Below, one piece after another: positions 61,780 to 64,000 of a stretch of 64,000 nucleotides of DNA. The stretch covers positions 96,001-160,000 of the forward strand of contig JAZKFH010000032.1 of NCBI GenBank assembly GCA_040386535.1, given 5' to 3'. Below the pieces are notes generated by a model. The model had not been told where the DNA came from. It saw only the letters and a list, made by a program, of their open reading frames with translations, and searched no databases. Both the position numbers and the translations under genes were made by a program. This DNA comes from Myxococcota bacterium. Its GTDB lineage: Bacteria; Myxococcota_A; UBA796; SXON01. Positions within the stretch are counted from its first letter, which is position 1; each line of letters starts with the position of its first letter.

Positions 61780-62432
61780 CGGCCCTCTGGCTCGTCACCC
61801 TCCTCGCCATCCGCGGCGTCGTCGCGCTCCAGGGCGTGGGCCTCCCCGAATGGACGTTGGCGGCGGTCCCGTTCCTGTTCATCTACGCGCCGGTGCTGCT
61901 CTGCCGCTGGCGCAACGTGGACAGCTACGGCTACCGCATCGCCATTCCCGCCTTCTCCGACTGGCCGGCGTGGCGCGAGGGGCTCGTCGCCGCGGGCCTC
62001 GTCCTCGCCGTGATCCTCGTGCCCTGGCTCGGCGGGTACCACCTCTACCAGACCCTCCTGTTCGACCTGGCGCCGCGGATGCGCGTGCCGGAGAACTGGG
62101 CCCTGCTCGTGCCGTACCACCTGTTCTTCGTCGCGATCCCCGAAGAGTTCTTCTACCGGGGCTATTTCCAGACCCGGCTGAACGAGGTCTTCCCGAGGAA
62201 GTTCCTCGTCTTCGGCGTTCCGATCGGCTGGGGCCTCGTCATCGCCTCGCTCTTCTTCGCGTTCGGGCACTCCCTCGTGACCATCCGCTGGTGGCACTTC
62301 GCCACGTTCTTCCCCGGCCTCCTGTTCGGCTGGCTCCGCGAGAAGACCGGCCAGCCGCTCGCCGGCGCGCTGTTGCACGCGTGGGCGAACGTGTGCGTGA
62401 CGTGGCTGGACACGGTCTACGGCGTCATCTGA
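61647..62432 (+). CDS. myxosortase (MrtC-like) CPBP intramembrane protease
   Basis: VAIPEEFFYRGY.QTRL, FAFGH, FFPGLLFGWLREKTG, HAWAN; start uncertain (overlaps the larE tail). Confidence 0.7.
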   Translation: MDHAGPGGLPDGQHVGGPALHPLGVGDRVDHVPQGARKRVFLELTALWLVTLLAIRGVVALQGVGLPEWTLAAVPFLFIYAPVLLCRWRNVDSYGYRIAIPAFSDWPAWREGLVAAGLVLAVILVPWLGGYHLYQTLLFDLAPRMRVPENWALLVPYHLFFVAIPEEFFYRGYFQTRLNEVFPRKFLVFGVPIGWGLVIASLFFAFGHSLVTIRWWHFATFFPGLLFGWLREKTGQPLAGALLHAWANVCVTWLDTVYGVI

Positions 62433-62467
62433 GGGGCGCGCGCTGAAGGGCGAACGCCGCCGCGCCG

Positions 62468-64000
62468 CTACTTCAGCAGCTTCTGCAGCCCGCGCATCCG
62501 CGACTCGACCTCACCCACCCGGAAGGTGGGGTCGAGATCCTTGAGCTCCTCCAGCAGGCGCACGGCGGCACGTGCCTTCCCGGTCCCGGTGTAGAGCGCG
62601 GAGAGCTCGAAGAGGGCGTCGGCATAGGCGGGATCGCTCTCCAGGGCGTCGTTGACGGACTCCCGCAGCAGATCGAGCGCGCCGGCCACGTCCCCCTGGC
62701 CGCGCACCGCCTGGGCGCGCAGGACGGCGGCGTCGAGCGTGGTGGCCCCGTCGAGCAGCGCGAGCGCGTCGCTCCACATGCCGACCGCGACGAGCGACCG
62801 GGCCTCCTCGATGTCCATCTCGGGGAGGATCTCGTCGAGCGCCTCGGGGAGGACCTCGGCGAACGTGCCGTCCTCCAGCGGGGCGAAGTCGGCGAAGGCG
62901 GCCTCGTCGTCTTCGGGCGTGGGGGGTGGCGGCGGCGCGGCGGCGGCGGCGCGCGCGGCGCCCCGGAGCGAGGCGATCTTGGTGAGGACGCCGTCGTTGA
63001 GCGGATCCTCGCCGAGCGCCTCGCGGTAGGCCATCATGGCCCCCACCAAATCGCCCGCTTCGGCCAGCGCATCCGCGCGCGCCTCCGCGGACGACGGCCG
63101 GGGCTCGGGCCGGCCCTGCGGCGCGACGGGCGCGGCGGCCGCCAGGGTCGTGGGGGTCGCGACGGGCGGTGCCTCGGCGAGCCCGAACCGGGCGCGCAGC
63201 ACCATCATCCGATCGGCCACGGCGTCGGCCTCGGCGCCAGCGTGGGCGAGGATGCGCTCCATGAGGAGGAGCGCGTCGGCCGGGCGCTCGCGCGCGGCGT
63301 CGATCTCCGCCATGGCCGCGAGGAGCCCGAGGGCATCGGGATCCCGGGCGAGCGCCTCGCGCAGGGTCGCCTCCGCCCGGTCGAGGAAGCCGTACCGCAC
63401 GTACACCTCGGCGCGGACGGCGGCGCGGAGCTGGTCCTCCGTGGCGGGCTCGGCCAGCACGAGCTGGGTGAGGCGCCGCTCCATGCGGTTCACCTTCTCT
63501 TCGGCGGCCGCGAGGCGGCGCTGCAGATCGGCGTCGGTGGGGGCGAGGCGCGCCGCCCGCCGGAGCGCATCGGCCTCGGCGGTGGGGTTCCCGCGGTCGG
63601 CGGCGACGCGGGAGAGCTCGGAGAGGACCTTGAGCGCCTTCTCGCCCTGGCCCACACCTTCGAACGCGCGGGCGAGCAGGTCGAGGGTGCGGGGCTCGCG
63701 CGGCGCCTGGCCGAACGCGAGCTGGAGGTGCACCAGGGCGCGCTTGTAGTCGTTCGCCTCCACCCGCGCCGCGGCGGCGTCGAGGAGCAGGCCGATGTCA
63801 TCCGGCTTCAGACGCAGCGCCATCTCCGCGATGCGGCCGACCTCGTCGGGGCGGCCACGGCGGCGGTACTCCTCCGCGACCTCCTGGTACGCGAGGGCGG
63901 CCCCGTTCACGTCTCCGCCGGCCTCGAGCAGCTCGGCGACCTTGAGGCGGAGCGGCGGCTCGCCGGGGCTCTGTTCGGCCACGCGACGGGCGGCCTTCGC
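62468..64000 (-). CDS. TPR-repeat protein, partial
   Basis: Multiple TPR-like helical repeats; frame appears to continue beyond the window end. Confidence 0.75.
   Translation of the reverse strand, partial: AKAARRVAEQSPGEPPLRLKVAELLEAGGDVNGAALAYQEVAEEYRRRGRPDEVGRIAEMALRLKPDDIGLLLDAAAARVEANDYKRALVHLQLAFGQAPREPRTLDLLARAFEGVGQGEKALKVLSELSRVAADRGNPTAEADALRRAARLAPTDADLQRRLAAAEEKVNRMERRLTQLVLAEPATEDQLRAAVRAEVYVRYGFLDRAEATLREALARDPDALGLLAAMAEIDAARERPADALLLMERILAHAGAEADAVADRMMVLRARFGLAEAPPVATPTTLAAAAPVAPQGRPEPRPSSAEARADALAEAGDLVGAMMAYREALGEDPLNDGVLTKIASLRGAARAAAAAPPPPPTPEDDEAAFADFAPLEDGTFAEVLPEALDEILPEMDIEEARSLVAVGMWSDALALLDGATTLDAAVLRAQAVRGQGDVAGALDLLRESVNDALESDPAYADALFELSALYTGTGKARAAVRLLEELKDLDPTFRVGEVESRMRGLQKLLK

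Overview
Very GC-rich bacterial DNA, most likely Myxococcota/deltaproteobacterial (CorE-like sigma, AgmX/PglI domain, MXAN_2562-like barrel, myxosortase-like protease). It has three zones. (1) 1-14.8 kb is a copper-homeostasis cluster: two multicopper oxidases, TolC, DUF305, a cytochrome c/beta-barrel fusion, CopZ, a reductase, CopA, a cupredoxin and a CorE-like Cys-rich ECF sigma. Four exact GTAATG-N14-GCGTC promoter-like motifs and two sigma54-like motifs occur here. (2) About 14.8-27.75 kb is an integrative-element-like region. It holds an 8-copy ACGGACATCAAC array with ~32-bp spacing and unique spacers, one catalytically intact tyrosine recombinase, two paralogous recombinase-fold proteins lacking catalytic residues (each ending one arm of a divergent cI/xis-like switch), three XRE regulators, candidate defence nucleases and an att-like right end. 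(3) 27.76-64 kb is core genome (usg/asd-like, tsaB, rseP, cdsA, uppS, frr, pyrH, tsf, rpsB, secA, rsmA, tsaD, gldAFG-like ABC system, larE-like and others). It includes a selenoprotein gene missed by the ORF track (in-frame UGA plus SECIS-like hairpin) and a surface-protein/beta-barrel ORF that looks like a polyprotein. The best candidate for an undescribed system is the array plus active integrase plus two dead-recombinase paralogs. All family calls are by-eye motif recognition, not database searches.
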